A DNA stretch of 64,000 nucleotides from Candidatus Binatia bacterium (GCA_046757725.1 JBHHYU010000004.1:3312-67311); one strand, 5' to 3'; positions 18,859 through 29,350 are shown, counted from the first letter of the stretch. Translations and numbers: made by a program. Notes: a model not told the origin generated them from the sequence alone.

Positions 18859-20549
18859 GACAGCTCCTTGCGGAAGTGCTTGAACAGGCAACGTAGCGAA
18901 TTGGAAGCGCTCTGTCCCAGACCGCAAATAGAGCCATCCGCCATGGCGCAGCTCAATTCCTGTAGCAACAGCTCATCCCAGGAAGATCGCTCCATGAGTT
19001 TTACTGCTTTTTCGGTGCCGACACGGCAAGGTGTACATTGGCCACAGCTCTCGTCCTCAAAGAAGCGCATCAGGTTGAGGGCCGCATCCTTCACATTATC
19101 CTTGTCGCTCAAAATCACCACTGCATGGGAGCCGACAAAACAACCGTGCTTCTCCAGCGATCCGAACTCGAGCGGCAGGTGAGCCATGCTGGCGGGTAAG
19201 ATCCCCCCCGAAGCGCCGCCTGGAAGATAGCCCTTGAAGCTATGACCATCCTGCATGCCGCCACAATACTCATCTATCAACTCGTGCACCGTGATTCCGG
19301 CTGGCGCGAGCTTGACGCCAGGTTTTTTCACTCTACCGGAGACCGAGTAATTGCGAAGACCCTGACCGCCATTGCGACCATGGCCTGCGAACCATTCCGG
19401 TCCCTTTCGGATGATGTCTGGAACCCAGTACAGGGTCTCCACGTTCTGCACGAGCGTGGGCCGACCGAATAATCCAACCTCAGCGACGTAAGGCGGCCGG
19501 TGACGGGGCAAACCGCGCTTACCCTCGATGCTCTCTAGCATTGCCGATTCTTCACCGCAGATATAGCCCCCCGCCCCGCGGCGCAGAAAGATTTTTGTCC
19601 GGGGGGCAAGACCCGCGGCTTCCACTTTGGGGATCTCCCGCAGCAGGATTTCGCGTACGGACGGGTACTCATCGCGCAGATAGATGTAAACTGACTTGGC
19701 TTGGACGGCCCATGCAGCGATTAACGTGCCCTCAAGAAACCGATGGGGGTTGCTCTCCATCAGGGCACGGTCCTTGAAGGTGCCGGGCTCCCCCTCGTCC
19801 GCATTGACGGCCATCAGTCGAGGGCCGGCATAGCTGCGTACGATGCGCCATTTTCTGCCGGTAAGGAAACCGGCGCCACCGAGACCCCGCAGCCCCGAGT
19901 CCTCGATGATGCTAACAACGTTATCAGCGTTTCTTTTGCCGTCGAGGCACTCCCGGAGGTGTTGATAACCGCCGGCTAATGCATAGGCATCGTAACCAAG
20001 GGTTTCAGGGATCTCGGGTTCAAAGTCACCGATTTCGACTGTCCTCGCTACTTTGTCTAGGCTCGCCTGCTCCACAAAGCGATGGCCGACAAGGGCGACG
20101 GGGGCACGATCACAGCCGCCCATACAAGGTGCGCGAACGACTCGTACGTCACGACCCATTCTCTTGGACAGGTTGGCGAGAAGATTTTGTGCCCCCATCA
20201 TCGCGCAAGTGAGACTGTCGCACACTCGCACCGTGATTTTGGGCGGTGGAGCCTCGCCTTCCTTGACGATATCAAAATGGGCATAGAACGTTGCGACCTC
20301 GAAGACCTCAGACAGCGCCATGCGCATCTCCGCTGCCAGAGCCGCCAGATGCGGTCCCGAAAGGCAGTGGTAACGGTCCTGTATAAGATGCAGGTGTTCG
20401 ACCAAGAGGTCGCGTCGTCGAGGCCGTTCGCCCAACAAGAAACGTATTTCTTCCAGCACTTCGGGGTCTACCTGCCGGCCTTTCGGATGGGCTAAGGAGC
20501 GGTACCGACCCGACCCAGGGTGCCTGTGTTTCCAGACCTGTTTAGTCAC
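18855..20549 (-). CDS. Formate dehydrogenase beta subunit (NuoE-NuoF fusion, FDH1-beta-like)
   Basis: ATFYAHF, CDSLTC, GLRGLGGAGF, NADEGEPGTFKDR, YICGEES, ESCGQCTPCR. Confidence 0.9.
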   Translation of the reverse strand: MTKQVWKHRHPGSGRYRSLAHPKGRQVDPEVLEEIRFLLGERPRRRDLLVEHLHLIQDRYHCLSGPHLAALAAEMRMALSEVFEVATFYAHFDIVKEGEAPPPKITVRVCDSLTCAMMGAQNLLANLSKRMGRDVRVVRAPCMGGCDRAPVALVGHRFVEQASLDKVARTVEIGDFEPEIPETLGYDAYALAGGYQHLRECLDGKRNADNVVSIIEDSGLRGLGGAGFLTGRKWRIVRSYAGPRLMAVNADEGEPGTFKDRALMESNPHRFLEGTLIAAWAVQAKSVYIYLRDEYPSVREILLREIPKVEAAGLAPRTKIFLRRGAGGYICGEESAMLESIEGKRGLPRHRPPYVAEVGLFGRPTLVQNVETLYWVPDIIRKGPEWFAGHGRNGGQGLRNYSVSGRVKKPGVKLAPAGITVHELIDEYCGGMQDGHSFKGYLPGGASGGILPASMAHLPLEFGSLEKHGCFVGSHAVVILSDKDNVKDAALNLMRFFEDESCGQCTPCRVGTEKAVKLMERSSWDELLLQELSCAMADGSICGLGQSASNSLRCLFKHFRKELS

Positions 20550-20716
20550 GTTATGTGTCTCATCAGATCCCTAATGTTAATGCAAGACTAGTCCCGCCAA
20601 CCCCGTAAAACCTTCCAATTCAGGAGAGTCGAAACCAAAAAAAAGATCGGATCTTCGGAGGCCTCAACGCGCCTGAATGACGGGGTCCAAACTGGAACTG
20701 CGGAAGTTGCTGTAAT

Positions 20717-21796
20717 CTAGGTCACCCTTCCACCCGGAATATTGACAAAGGCTCCCATCTCGTGAGATGGGGTCACGGCTTCCGCCTTGCAAACATCGGA
20801 TGGGCTGAGCTGGTCGACACGGGTCACCCCGAGTAGGCCCATGGTCGTGGTGATCTCCTCTTGGAGAAGCTGAAGAACTCTGAGGAGCCCTGCCTGTCCA
20901 GCCGCTGTTAATCCCCATCCCTGGAGCTTGCCGATGGCAACGGCTCTGGCTCCAAGCGCGATCGCCTTCAAGACATCAGTACCGCGCAGGATGCCGCCAT
21001 CCATCACGATCTCTGCCTTACCACCCACGGCGGCAACGATCTCCGGAAGCATATCGATCGTGGCCCGGTTGTGGTCTAGTTGACGCCCCCCGTGATTGGA
21101 AACATAGATAACGTCTACTCCATGCTCGACGGCAGTTGCGGCATCCTTGGCAGTCGCTACCCCTTTTAGAATAAAAGGGAGCCCACCTATCGTCTTGATG
21201 GCGTCCATGGTATCCCAGGTAAGCGCCGCTCTATGTCGATAACGTTCAGGACGGTCACGGCGGCTTGGGGGGAGCCAGCGGTCCATCATCTGGCGCTCCC
21301 GCCTGCCATAGTCGGCTGTATCCACTGTCAGGCAGAGCGCCACATAACCGGCTTTTTTTACACGCCCGAGCAACTCCTCTACCCACTTTAGATCTCCTTG
21401 CACGTAAAGCTGGAAGATTTTCGGGGCTTGACTACTTGCTGCCACCTCCTCCAGGCTGGGCTGAGCGACGGTACTCAAAAAGTTTATAGTGCCAAATTCC
21501 GCTGCGGCCCTGGCCACCGCCACACCACCCTCGGGGACCAGCATCTGGAGCGAGCCAATGGGAGCCAGCATCACCGGGATTCTGAGTTTATGTCCGAGAA
21601 ACGTCGTGGACGTGTCGACTTTTGATACGTCCACGAGGACCCGCGGACGAAAGGCCAGACTATCCAGGCTGTGGCGGTTCCGGCGCATGCTGGTTTCCGA
21701 CTCGGCACCGCCGGTTATGTAGTCCCAGACATTTTGGTTTACGTTCTTCCGCGCTTCAATAATAATCTCTTGGCTGGTGACAAAATCGGCGCTCAT
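20717..21796 (-). CDS. FMN-dependent alpha-hydroxy acid dehydrogenase/oxidase
   Basis: FRPRVL, LTVDT, ILKG, VSNHGGRQLD, DGGILRGTD. Confidence 0.9.
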   Translation of the reverse strand: MSADFVTSQEIIIEARKNVNQNVWDYITGGAESETSMRRNRHSLDSLAFRPRVLVDVSKVDTSTTFLGHKLRIPVMLAPIGSLQMLVPEGGVAVARAAAEFGTINFLSTVAQPSLEEVAASSQAPKIFQLYVQGDLKWVEELLGRVKKAGYVALCLTVDTADYGRRERQMMDRWLPPSRRDRPERYRHRAALTWDTMDAIKTIGGLPFILKGVATAKDAATAVEHGVDVIYVSNHGGRQLDHNRATIDMLPEIVAAVGGKAEIVMDGGILRGTDVLKAIALGARAVAIGKLQGWGLTAAGQAGLLRVLQLLQEEITTTMGLLGVTRVDQLSPSDVCKAEAVTPSHEMGAFVNIPGGRVT

Positions 21797-21981
21797 CTTC
21801 TAACCTCCTTAACTTGGTTGTTGCCGAATAGAATGTGACTATCTCCGGCGTTTCCAGTTTCATGCCACAGGTTTTACGGTACCACAACAGATCGACTTGT
21901 CCATCGGTTGACGTTGCCGATTTTCTTCTCCTTTGATTGAATGCTATTGATCTAGTAGCCGGCCTCGGGCGAGGGTGATAG

Positions 21982-22212
21982 GTGACGAGAGTGAAAAAGA
22001 AAAGACGATGCCCACACTGTGGGTCTTGCGAAATCCTACCCATAGTTCATGGCTTATCCGGTCCCAAAGCTGTAAAGGCGTTGAAGGAGGGCCGGGCGAT
22101 ACTTTCCAGCCGTGAGGACTGGGAGGGCTTGGCCGAGTGGCATTGCAAAGAGTGCGATTGCGAATGGCGTGGTGGTTGGCAAGTATTCAAAAGACACACG
22201 GAAAATCGATAA
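21982..22212 (+). CDS. Small Zn-ribbon hypothetical protein
   Basis: CPHC..ILPIVHG..WHCKEC. Confidence 0.55.
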   Translation: MTRVKKKRRCPHCGSCEILPIVHGLSGPKAVKALKEGRAILSSREDWEGLAEWHCKECDCEWRGGWQVFKRHTENR

Positions 22213-22334
22213 CCGCAGGCCGCCTCAAGGGAAAACCGCCAACACCGCAGATATTGGCTTTCAGCAACGGAAAAGCCGAGAAGCGTGTCGGATCTGAAAA
22301 AAAAGCCATCTGCCCTATGGTTTGAAAGGACTTC

Positions 22335-22787
22335 TTATATCCGTCTCAGGGGTGGGCCGGTTAAGGTGTGGCGCTCATTCAGCTCGATGGTGTACCCGTC
22401 GGGGTCCTGAATAATTGCAACGAAATCCGGGCTACCAGGCCGGTTGGGTTGGGGCTCCCGAATAAACGTTACTCCCTCCGCCTTCAATGCCTCGCACAGC
22501 CTGTAAAGGTTTGAGACCATGATGGCCACGTGTCCCGGCCAAGCCGGCATGGGCGCGTGTTCACTTGCTCCGCCGGTCTGGATCAGCTCAAGCCCCGGTC
22601 CGTCATCCTCGCTGCCATAGCCCAGATAACCCACCCGTATCTTCTGTTCCGGTTGATCGCGTAGGCGCATGATGTCCATGCCGAGAAGCCGCGTGTAGAA
22701 ATCCATGGTACGCTCAAGATCACTTACCGGCAGCATCGTGTGCCGGATTCGGAACTTCATGTCGCCTACAAGGCTTTCTCCCGTCAT
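22335..22787 (-). CDS. VOC family / lactoylglutathione lyase-like protein
   Basis: HTMLPVSDLE..FY..LGM, GHVAI, DPDGYTIEL. Confidence 0.85.
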   Translation of the reverse strand: MTGESLVGDMKFRIRHTMLPVSDLERTMDFYTRLLGMDIMRLRDQPEQKIRVGYLGYGSEDDGPGLELIQTGGASEHAPMPAWPGHVAIMVSNLYRLCEALKAEGVTFIREPQPNRPGSPDFVAIIQDPDGYTIELNERHTLTGPPLRRI

Positions 22788-22971
22788 ATTCTCTCCTCAT
22801 GGTAAGTCTCCTGCCAACTCTGGAAGTAAAAATTTACGACTAGAGTCCTGGGTGCCCTATTTTTAAACCTATCAAAAACCCCTCTGAGCACTCCAGTTCC
22901 GTGCCCTGCCCCTTTACTTGGCTGACGTCCCGAACAACCACCGGTTTCCGCTCTGTTGCGCCAAGTGTTGT

Positions 22972-23379
22972 TTAAAGCACCTTTTTTTCCTCGCGTTCCT
23001 TGGTAAAGTAATCCTTGTTGCTCATCTTTTCCTTTCCATAGACAACAATGCGATCCGCGGGTTTTTTTACCTGGTAGAGCACGACCGGCTCGTCCGTCTC
23101 ATTGTGCATCTGGTAGTACTCCCCACCGGGGATCAGTATGCTGTCGCCCTGACTGCAAGTATGTTCGCTAAGCACACCATCCTTCATGGTACGAACCGTG
23201 CAGGCTCCTTTGAGAACCAGAAAACTTTGGCTGGTACCCTCGTGATAGTGCAGTTCGTTTTGCGCTCCCGGCTGATAGCAGTTCAGGGCGATCATCAAGT
23301 CAGGTTCCTTCGCAAGCAAAACACGTCTCCTGTGACGTGAAAACTCGGTGGAGTTCCAAACATTTGTCTTATGGGCCAT
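22972..23379 (-). CDS. Cupin domain protein
   Basis: LHYH..FLVLKG, GD..LIPGGEYY; GGAG RBS. Confidence 0.7.
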   Translation of the reverse strand: MAHKTNVWNSTEFSRHRRRVLLAKEPDLMIALNCYQPGAQNELHYHEGTSQSFLVLKGACTVRTMKDGVLSEHTCSQGDSILIPGGEYYQMHNETDEPVVLYQVKKPADRIVVYGKEKMSNKDYFTKEREEKKVL

Positions 23380-23558
23380 GGTATCCTCCCTGCGAGATCT
23401 TTATGGGGGAGGTCTGGTTGTTCCCTCCCCTCGCTTTCAGAATCGGATCTTAAAGAACCACCCAAGGGTTTGTCAATGTGCGGAAAAAACGTAGGTCCGT
23501 TGGACAAAACCAGGTGCCGGGAAAAGAACGCAAGCGGACCTTCATGAGCAAGCGCTGC

Positions 23559-24404
23559 TTAACCGGTACGGCCGTCGCCATCGGCGCCTTCGGGCAAGGT
23601 GCCGGTCTTGATGTGTAATGTCCGCTGTGGGTATGGGATCGTGATCCCCTGCTCGTCCAACGCTAGCTTAATGTGCTCGGTCAATTTGAACCGTACGTCC
23701 CAGTAATCCTCCGGCTTAACCCAGGGACGGACCACGAAGTCCACACTGCTGTTCCCAAGCTCCGAAACGGCGACCTGTGGCACCGGCTCCTTGAGTACTC
23801 CGGTCTGCTCCGTCACCACCCTTTCAAGGACCTGTTTTGCCTTGACCAGGTCATCCTCGTACGAGATGCCGACGACAAGGTCCACCCTCCGACTCTCGAC
23901 TGCTGAAAAATTGGTAATGACCCCACCCAAAATCTGTGCGTTGGGTACAAACTGTTTCCGATTGTCGGGGTGAGCAAGGACGGTGTTGAAGATTTGTGTT
24001 TCCAGTACGGTTCCCATCGTCCCGCCGGCCTGAATAAAGTCACCCACCTTAAACGGGCGGAAAAGGATAATCAGCACCCCGGCAGCAAAGTTGGAGAGTG
24101 CGCCCTGGAGTGCCAGGCCGACGGCCAGACCGGCGGCACCGATCACAGCGATGAAGGAAGTGGTCTGCACACCTAGCTTGCTGACCGCCGCGATGATAAC
24201 GAAAGTCATCATCGCAATGTAGCTAAAGTTCTTTACGAATTTCGCTAGTGTTGGGTCGGTCTGGGTTTTGGCCAGGCCACGCTCGATCAATCGGGCGAAC
24301 ACGCCGGCTATCCATTTTCCCACGATGAAAATGGCAGCCGCTGCAAGCACGCTCAGGCCGTATGTTGTCAGAACTTCTAAGAGCTTACTCCCGGTTTCTT
24401 CCAT
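23559..24404 (-). CDS. mscS: Small-conductance mechanosensitive channel
   Basis: GAAGLAVGLALQGALSNFAAG, PFKVGD, IPYPQR; start at MEETG after GGAGG. Confidence 0.9.
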   Translation of the reverse strand: MEETGSKLLEVLTTYGLSVLAAAAIFIVGKWIAGVFARLIERGLAKTQTDPTLAKFVKNFSYIAMMTFVIIAAVSKLGVQTTSFIAVIGAAGLAVGLALQGALSNFAAGVLIILFRPFKVGDFIQAGGTMGTVLETQIFNTVLAHPDNRKQFVPNAQILGGVITNFSAVESRRVDLVVGISYEDDLVKAKQVLERVVTEQTGVLKEPVPQVAVSELGNSSVDFVVRPWVKPEDYWDVRFKLTEHIKLALDEQGITIPYPQRTLHIKTGTLPEGADGDGRTG

Positions 24405-24657
24405 GAACTTTGCCTCCTTACTCAATGTCTTGTTGAACCCTTGGGAACGGCGGTGAAGGGTTCTAACAGACCCGTCATTTATCTCTTCGCCTAATGCCAG
24501 AAAATCCAGCTGGAAGCAAGAACTTGCTTGTTTCACCCTGACGCTGGAGGAGTTCGAAACCTTGAGCCTTGGTGGCGGGCTGGAGGGTCATGGCGTTTGT
24601 TTATTATCTCTGTCGGAAGAAAGTTGAAACCAAGGGAGCAAAAAGAGTCGGAACAAG

Positions 24658-25524
24658 TCACCCAATCAAAACCGCTGTGGTCCCGGCGACAACCATGAAG
24701 GTCCCTATGACGGTTCGAATACCAATACGCTCGATATCGCGTAAAAGGATTCGTGTTCCCAGCAAGACCCACAGCGGAAACGCAGCTACAATGGGTATGA
24801 CGTGAACGACGGGTCCAATGCTAAGGGCAATATTGATTAACAAGAATCCTATCGTTTGAAACAGGCCGGCTACGATAAAGGACTTGATGGCTCGCCTGTT
24901 CCAAATGGGCCTCTGAGTCGTACTCTGAAATGCCAGCCAGCCCGACAGCGTAAAGAGAGAAACGATGCCTACAAGGGCAGCAAGGAAAACAGGATAATTT
25001 GATAATTCCAGCGCATATCGCCTGATCGGATGAACAACGCCTGCCAGGAGCGCCGCGATCAAAGAGACCGAGACATGCCACCAGCGAAAAGATGGCGGCC
25101 TAATGGTCGGCTGCCAGGAGGTAAGAATGATCCCCATAACGATCAGAGCTGTCCCTCCAAGGATCGGGATGGAAGCCTCTTCACCGAGAAAGGCTATTGC
25201 AACGAGCACGCTGAATAACGGGAAGGTCGATCTCAGAGCGCCGGCGCGGGCAGCGCCAATTTTTTCTACGCCGGTGAAGCTCAGCAACCGAATGACCGCC
25301 ATCAGTATCCCTACGACAATGAATAAGAGGATTGCCACGGGCTCGACGTCTGGAATCCCCTCGGTCAGAAAAACCACCGGCCACAGGGCAACCGTATGCA
25401 CTATCTGTGCTACCAGAGTTACGGTGATAGAGTTGGAGTACTGCAACCCTCTCCGTGCCGTAATAAAATTGCCGGCAAAGAATATGGATGCGATAAGAGC
25501 AACGAGTTGGGGAAGCATTTCCAT
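24658..25524 (-). CDS. DMT/EamA family transporter
   Basis: About 10 hydrophobic segments; FLGEE and LLRD repeat-end motifs. Confidence 0.8.
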   Translation of the reverse strand: MEMLPQLVALIASIFFAGNFITARRGLQYSNSITVTLVAQIVHTVALWPVVFLTEGIPDVEPVAILLFIVVGILMAVIRLLSFTGVEKIGAARAGALRSTFPLFSVLVAIAFLGEEASIPILGGTALIVMGIILTSWQPTIRPPSFRWWHVSVSLIAALLAGVVHPIRRYALELSNYPVFLAALVGIVSLFTLSGWLAFQSTTQRPIWNRRAIKSFIVAGLFQTIGFLLINIALSIGPVVHVIPIVAAFPLWVLLGTRILLRDIERIGIRTVIGTFMVVAGTTAVLIG

Positions 25525-25845
25525 CTCTTCAGCTACAACGATACGGAGATCCAGTTCAACGCGCTACCATCACCAAGGGGGGGAACGGTGGGGAAGGAGG
25601 CGTTTCCAGGAACGTAACCGGTTAGCTTAAACGGTAGAAGAGGCAGCAGGGTTTCAGGCTGGATCATTTAGGGATCCACAGCCGGAATTTCGACACCGAG
25701 CTCCAAAAGCTCCAGGCCGGTGACGCGAGACCATACCCGCCATCCGACATGGGTGTGCGGAAAAATTTTCTGGTGAAGCCATGCCCCAGCCGATCCCTCG
25801 TAAGGATTCAGACTGGAATACGCGTAGCTCCCATCATACCATGCC

Positions 25846-27456
25846 TCACGCCTTCACTCTGCGTTTTGCCAGCTTCTCACCTGTCTCGTAATGGCGTCCC
25901 TCTACGGCTAACTGTGCTTCTTTGTCCAGTTCTTCATCCCACTGACCGAGCGAATATCCGAACCATGGCATCTCTGGCTTCAGTTTTGGCAGGCCGAGCT
26001 CTTCCCATAGCTCCCGTGCGTGTTCCATATACTCGCGTTTTGGCAGGGAGATCGGTGGAAACGGTTCTTTCTGAATCGCGTTGCACAGCATCGCCGATTC
26101 GTCGGCAGGCAGATGGTACGAAACTACATCTGTACCCCGGACATCGTCGTTGTAGAGAAACGGTGGCGCATGGCCTTTTTCCATACCGCCGACGATGTGG
26201 ACATCTCGGTGCGGTTTCATCCGGTAACACATGGCCCAGAACACGGCCGCCTCGTTCGAGGGGTCAATATCTTCGTCCACCGCTACGACGATTTTCCCGA
26301 CACCGGGATGGAGTGAACACGCCGCATGCAGCGCGCGCCACACCTCCGCTTCGCTTGGCCGTCGCATCTGGATGATTACGAGTTTGTAGGTATTCGTCAG
26401 TGGCTCGTGCATTTCCACACGTAGCACACTCTGGATGCGGCACTGGTCACGCAGGTGCACCAGCATCAGGCGATCGTAGCCGATTTTTCGAATGACGGAG
26501 GACTCACTCGGCGTGAGCTGGCTGAGCCATGAGACATAGATGGCATCTTTGCGATGGGTAATCGCCGTCACCTCCATGAACGGATTTAGCTGTCGAGGAT
26601 GCATATATCCGTGGGACTCGCCGAAAGGCCCCTCCGGTTCGATCCACTCTGTGTTTAAGAATCCTTCAACCACGATTTCGGATTCGGCGGGCACAACAAG
26701 ATCTACGGTCTTGCATTTGACTACCGGAATAGGTTCGCCTGCCAACGCGCCTGCAATCGCTATTTCGTCTGATCCATACGGGATTTTTTGTACTGCGACG
26801 TAGGAAACGACGGGTGGCGCGCCTATCACCAGCGCCGCTGGGAGTGGTTCGCCTCTCGCTTGCGCATTTTTCCAGTGAACATAGATATCCTGGCCTAGCC
26901 CGGAAGGAAAGACCCCGATGCGCGTGCGAGCCTTGATCTGTCCCCTGTAGTTTCCAATGTTCTGGATACCGGTCTCCGGATCTTTGGTAATCCAATGGGA
27001 GCACGTCGTGTAGGGCCCGTTATCGAAGCCGGGTGTTGAGATGGGCACGGGAAATTCTTCCAATCCCAATCCTTCGCGCTGCAACTCGTCACCCGAATGC
27101 ATTTCTTCCTGGCAGATCGCCTCCTTCACTAAGACAGGCGGAATCGGTTGTGAAAGGGCGCGCCTCCATTTCTCGTCCATTTCTTCAGCGGTCTTGCAGC
27201 CCATCCCGAGAAAATAGATAGCCCGGTTTCCTGCAAGCGCGCCGACAACCACCGGAAAATTGAAGCGCCGCCCCTTTGAATCGGTGACGTTCTCGAACAG
27301 CCAGGCCTTACGGTCTTCTTCAAGAATACCGCCACGATATTGCCAGCGGACGAGCGGATGCAGCTCGGTATCTTTATTGATCACTCTCTGAATACGGCGG
27401 AGATAACCGGAAGCCTCGAGTGTTTTGAGATGGTCGTGCAGATCAGAATGCGCCAT
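25846..27456 (-). CDS. UbiD family (de)carboxylase
   Basis: NIGNYR, VPAESEIVVEG, EGPFGE, VDEDID. Confidence 0.9.
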   Translation of the reverse strand: MAHSDLHDHLKTLEASGYLRRIQRVINKDTELHPLVRWQYRGGILEEDRKAWLFENVTDSKGRRFNFPVVVGALAGNRAIYFLGMGCKTAEEMDEKWRRALSQPIPPVLVKEAICQEEMHSGDELQREGLGLEEFPVPISTPGFDNGPYTTCSHWITKDPETGIQNIGNYRGQIKARTRIGVFPSGLGQDIYVHWKNAQARGEPLPAALVIGAPPVVSYVAVQKIPYGSDEIAIAGALAGEPIPVVKCKTVDLVVPAESEIVVEGFLNTEWIEPEGPFGESHGYMHPRQLNPFMEVTAITHRKDAIYVSWLSQLTPSESSVIRKIGYDRLMLVHLRDQCRIQSVLRVEMHEPLTNTYKLVIIQMRRPSEAEVWRALHAACSLHPGVGKIVVAVDEDIDPSNEAAVFWAMCYRMKPHRDVHIVGGMEKGHAPPFLYNDDVRGTDVVSYHLPADESAMLCNAIQKEPFPPISLPKREYMEHARELWEELGLPKLKPEMPWFGYSLGQWDEELDKEAQLAVEGRHYETGEKLAKRRVKA

Positions 27457-27860
27457 GGTGTTTATACCTCCTGAGCGAGTTTATATACCCTGGGTTAAAA
27501 TTATTCCACGGGGCACTTCCCGATCACCCCTTTGAACCAACCTCTGGCGGGAGTTCTAAAACTTCAGGTGGCCGTCAAGGAGCAGGGCAAACCCCCGGAT
27601 GGAAAATCCTGTTAGAAACTATCCGCTAAAGTCTTATGCTGTCAAACTGAGCAAACCTTCGTAACGAGGAAACACACGTAAACACCAGGAGTTGGTCGTT
27701 AGGGGTCAAGGGTAGGAGGACCGTCGATAGCGACACGGAGCCCCTTCTTAGACGTGCGGAGAGAAAAACCAAGATGCGCTTGAGCGGACGTCCTTGCTAG
27801 CGTTAGAACCAGTGGCGCCGGTGACTAGCCGGTTTTAATCCCAGATAAGGCGTGGCCCGT

Positions 27861-28046
27861 TTACTGAATACCAATAGATCTATACGCTTGTTCAAGGGCT
27901 CGTTTTCTACTCTCATGGTACTCTAGATGAGCCTTGAGGGAACTGATTGGATAAACTTTCGTCCCGCACTGTTTACAGATTGCCGCGCGGAATTCCATGT
28001 TGTTGACACGTAGCTTACCAAAGACAAAGGCGATCAGCATTCTCAT
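27861..28046 (-). CDS. 61-aa C2H2-like Zn-finger microprotein
   Basis: CKQC-x12-HLEYH; GGGAG RBS before ATG 28046; upstream sigma54 motif. Confidence 0.55.
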   Translation of the reverse strand: MRMLIAFVFGKLRVNNMEFRAAICKQCGTKVYPISSLKAHLEYHESRKRALEQAYRSIGIQ

Positions 28047-28084
28047 AAGATACTCCCTTCTGAACAATTGTTTCTATTCTTTGG

Positions 28085-28101
28085 AGCAAGTGTTATGCCA
28101 A
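28085..28101 (-). promoter_or_regulatory. sigma54 -24/-12 promoter
   Basis: Minus strand reads TTGGCAT-AACAC-TTGCT, matching TGGCAC-N5-TTGC spacing. Confidence 0.65.
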
Positions 28102-28437
28102 GCGCCAAAGAGTTCTTTCAACTGCCTGGAAGGGCGTGAAATCCCAAAGCATATTTGTGGTTTGGGAGCTGGTTAAGGTATGACCTGGGCTCATGGTTTG
28201 GTGGCCAAATGTGGCCAATCGTTATCAAATTGTCCCTTATTTCCTTACGACACGGCACCCACGGGCCGTACCCGGGTTTTTGTCGGGTGAGTTTAGGAGT
28301 TTTGCCGCTGTGCCACTCGGAATAATATTGTGAGTTATCTATTAACTGGTCCGGGACCGATGTGACCAGTCCCTTGGGTCCGCATGTCCCATCTCCAAGG
28401 GACGAGATGAAGCGATTCTTGGCCCGGAAGCTGGCGT

Positions 28438-28866
28438 TTACTTCTGCAGCAATCTGCTAATCTCATCTTCCGCTCCTCGACGCAGAGCGTAGTCAAGCGC
28501 TGTGCGGCCCCATTGGTCCTTGATCGTTCGATCAGCCCCATGGTCCAGAAGGAATTTAGCGATGGCCACGTGCCCCCTAAAGGAAGCGAGAATTAACGGT
28601 GTGACGCCTTCCCCATCAACCCAGTTTACTGTCGCACCACTGTGGATCAGTGCTTCTACGATTTCGAGGTGACCGTCTCGACAGGCAAAGATGAGAGCTG
28701 TGTTATGGGCTGCGTCATGAACGTCGGGATTGACACCGGCCTGCAGCAGGTTCTTTACGGTCTTAAGGTCGTCGTGCTTGGTAGCGGTCAAGAGCGGTTG
28801 TTCATCCGCTCCACGGGCCAAGGAGGGTCCCATGGCCACCAAGAGGCCAAGGACGACCTGTATCAT
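28438..28866 (-). CDS. Ankyrin repeat protein with probable signal peptide (start uncertain)
   Basis: TALIFA..GH, TPLILAS..GH, GRTALDYA repeats. Confidence 0.85.
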   Translation of the reverse strand: MIQVVLGLLVAMGPSLARGADEQPLLTATKHDDLKTVKNLLQAGVNPDVHDAAHNTALIFACRDGHLEIVEALIHSGATVNWVDGEGVTPLILASFRGHVAIAKFLLDHGADRTIKDQWGRTALDYALRRGAEDEISRLLQK

Positions 28867-29084
28867 GAGTTTAAGCAATATACCTCTTCCCCAGGTTGTA
28901 AAGCCTCTGGGTATCAACTTTTCAGCAGTGGTGGCCCGAAGTGTGAGACCGTTGGGTTTAACGTTAAACGGCATTCTCCTGCCCTTTTCCAGTGCATAAT
29001 GCTTATCAGACCAAGCATAAAAAGGCACCCAATCGTCGATCTGGTCCTGTTAAATCATTAGTAAACCCCGTGGTTAAGATAATA

Positions 29085-29250
29085 AAAAGCCGTCTTGAAC
29101 CCCATGGGGGGGCTCCCTCCTCCGATGGTTGGCGTCAAAACGCTCCCATTGCAGCTCCGTAGGCTCTATCGTACAAAGAGTGGTTCCTCAGGAGAAAACC
29201 TTCCGGCCTGAGTCAATAAGTCTGTGCCTCGACGGCCACCCTCCCGTCCC
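29085..29250 (-). ncRNA. Candidate structured RNA (6S-like or unknown)
   Basis: Closing stem GCCGTC/GACGGC followed by a T-run; internal hairpins; no ORF >=60 aa in the track. Confidence 0.3.
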
Positions 29251-29322
29251 CTTCGGATGAGCTCTCCAACGGCCTGCGCCTAACTGGAGCACCACTCTCT
29301 TTAACGGAGAGTCAGCTCCGTA

Positions 29323-29350
29323 TTGACAAAAAAGGCAATGGTGTTATAGA
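29323..29350 (+). promoter_or_regulatory. sigma70-type promoter
   Basis: TTGACA-16 bp-TATAGA with an extended -10 TG. Confidence 0.55.

Noticed and set aside
17941-19182. 413-aa plus-strand ORF
   Set aside because: Antisense shadow of the formate dehydrogenase genes; no motifs
1878-20687. 11-bp direct repeat ATGACGGGGTC at 1878 and 20677 as possible att sites
   Set aside because: 11-mers recur by chance in 64 kb, there is no integrase or tRNA, and the interval includes ordinary metabolic genes
25660-25845. Open minus-strand frame downstream of the UbiD gene
   Set aside because: No credible start codon or RBS, and no recognisable motif
27580-27700. CAGGGCAAACC, reminiscent of a c-di-GMP-I riboswitch
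   Set aside because: The downstream GAAA loop and GGGACGCAAAGCC core are absent
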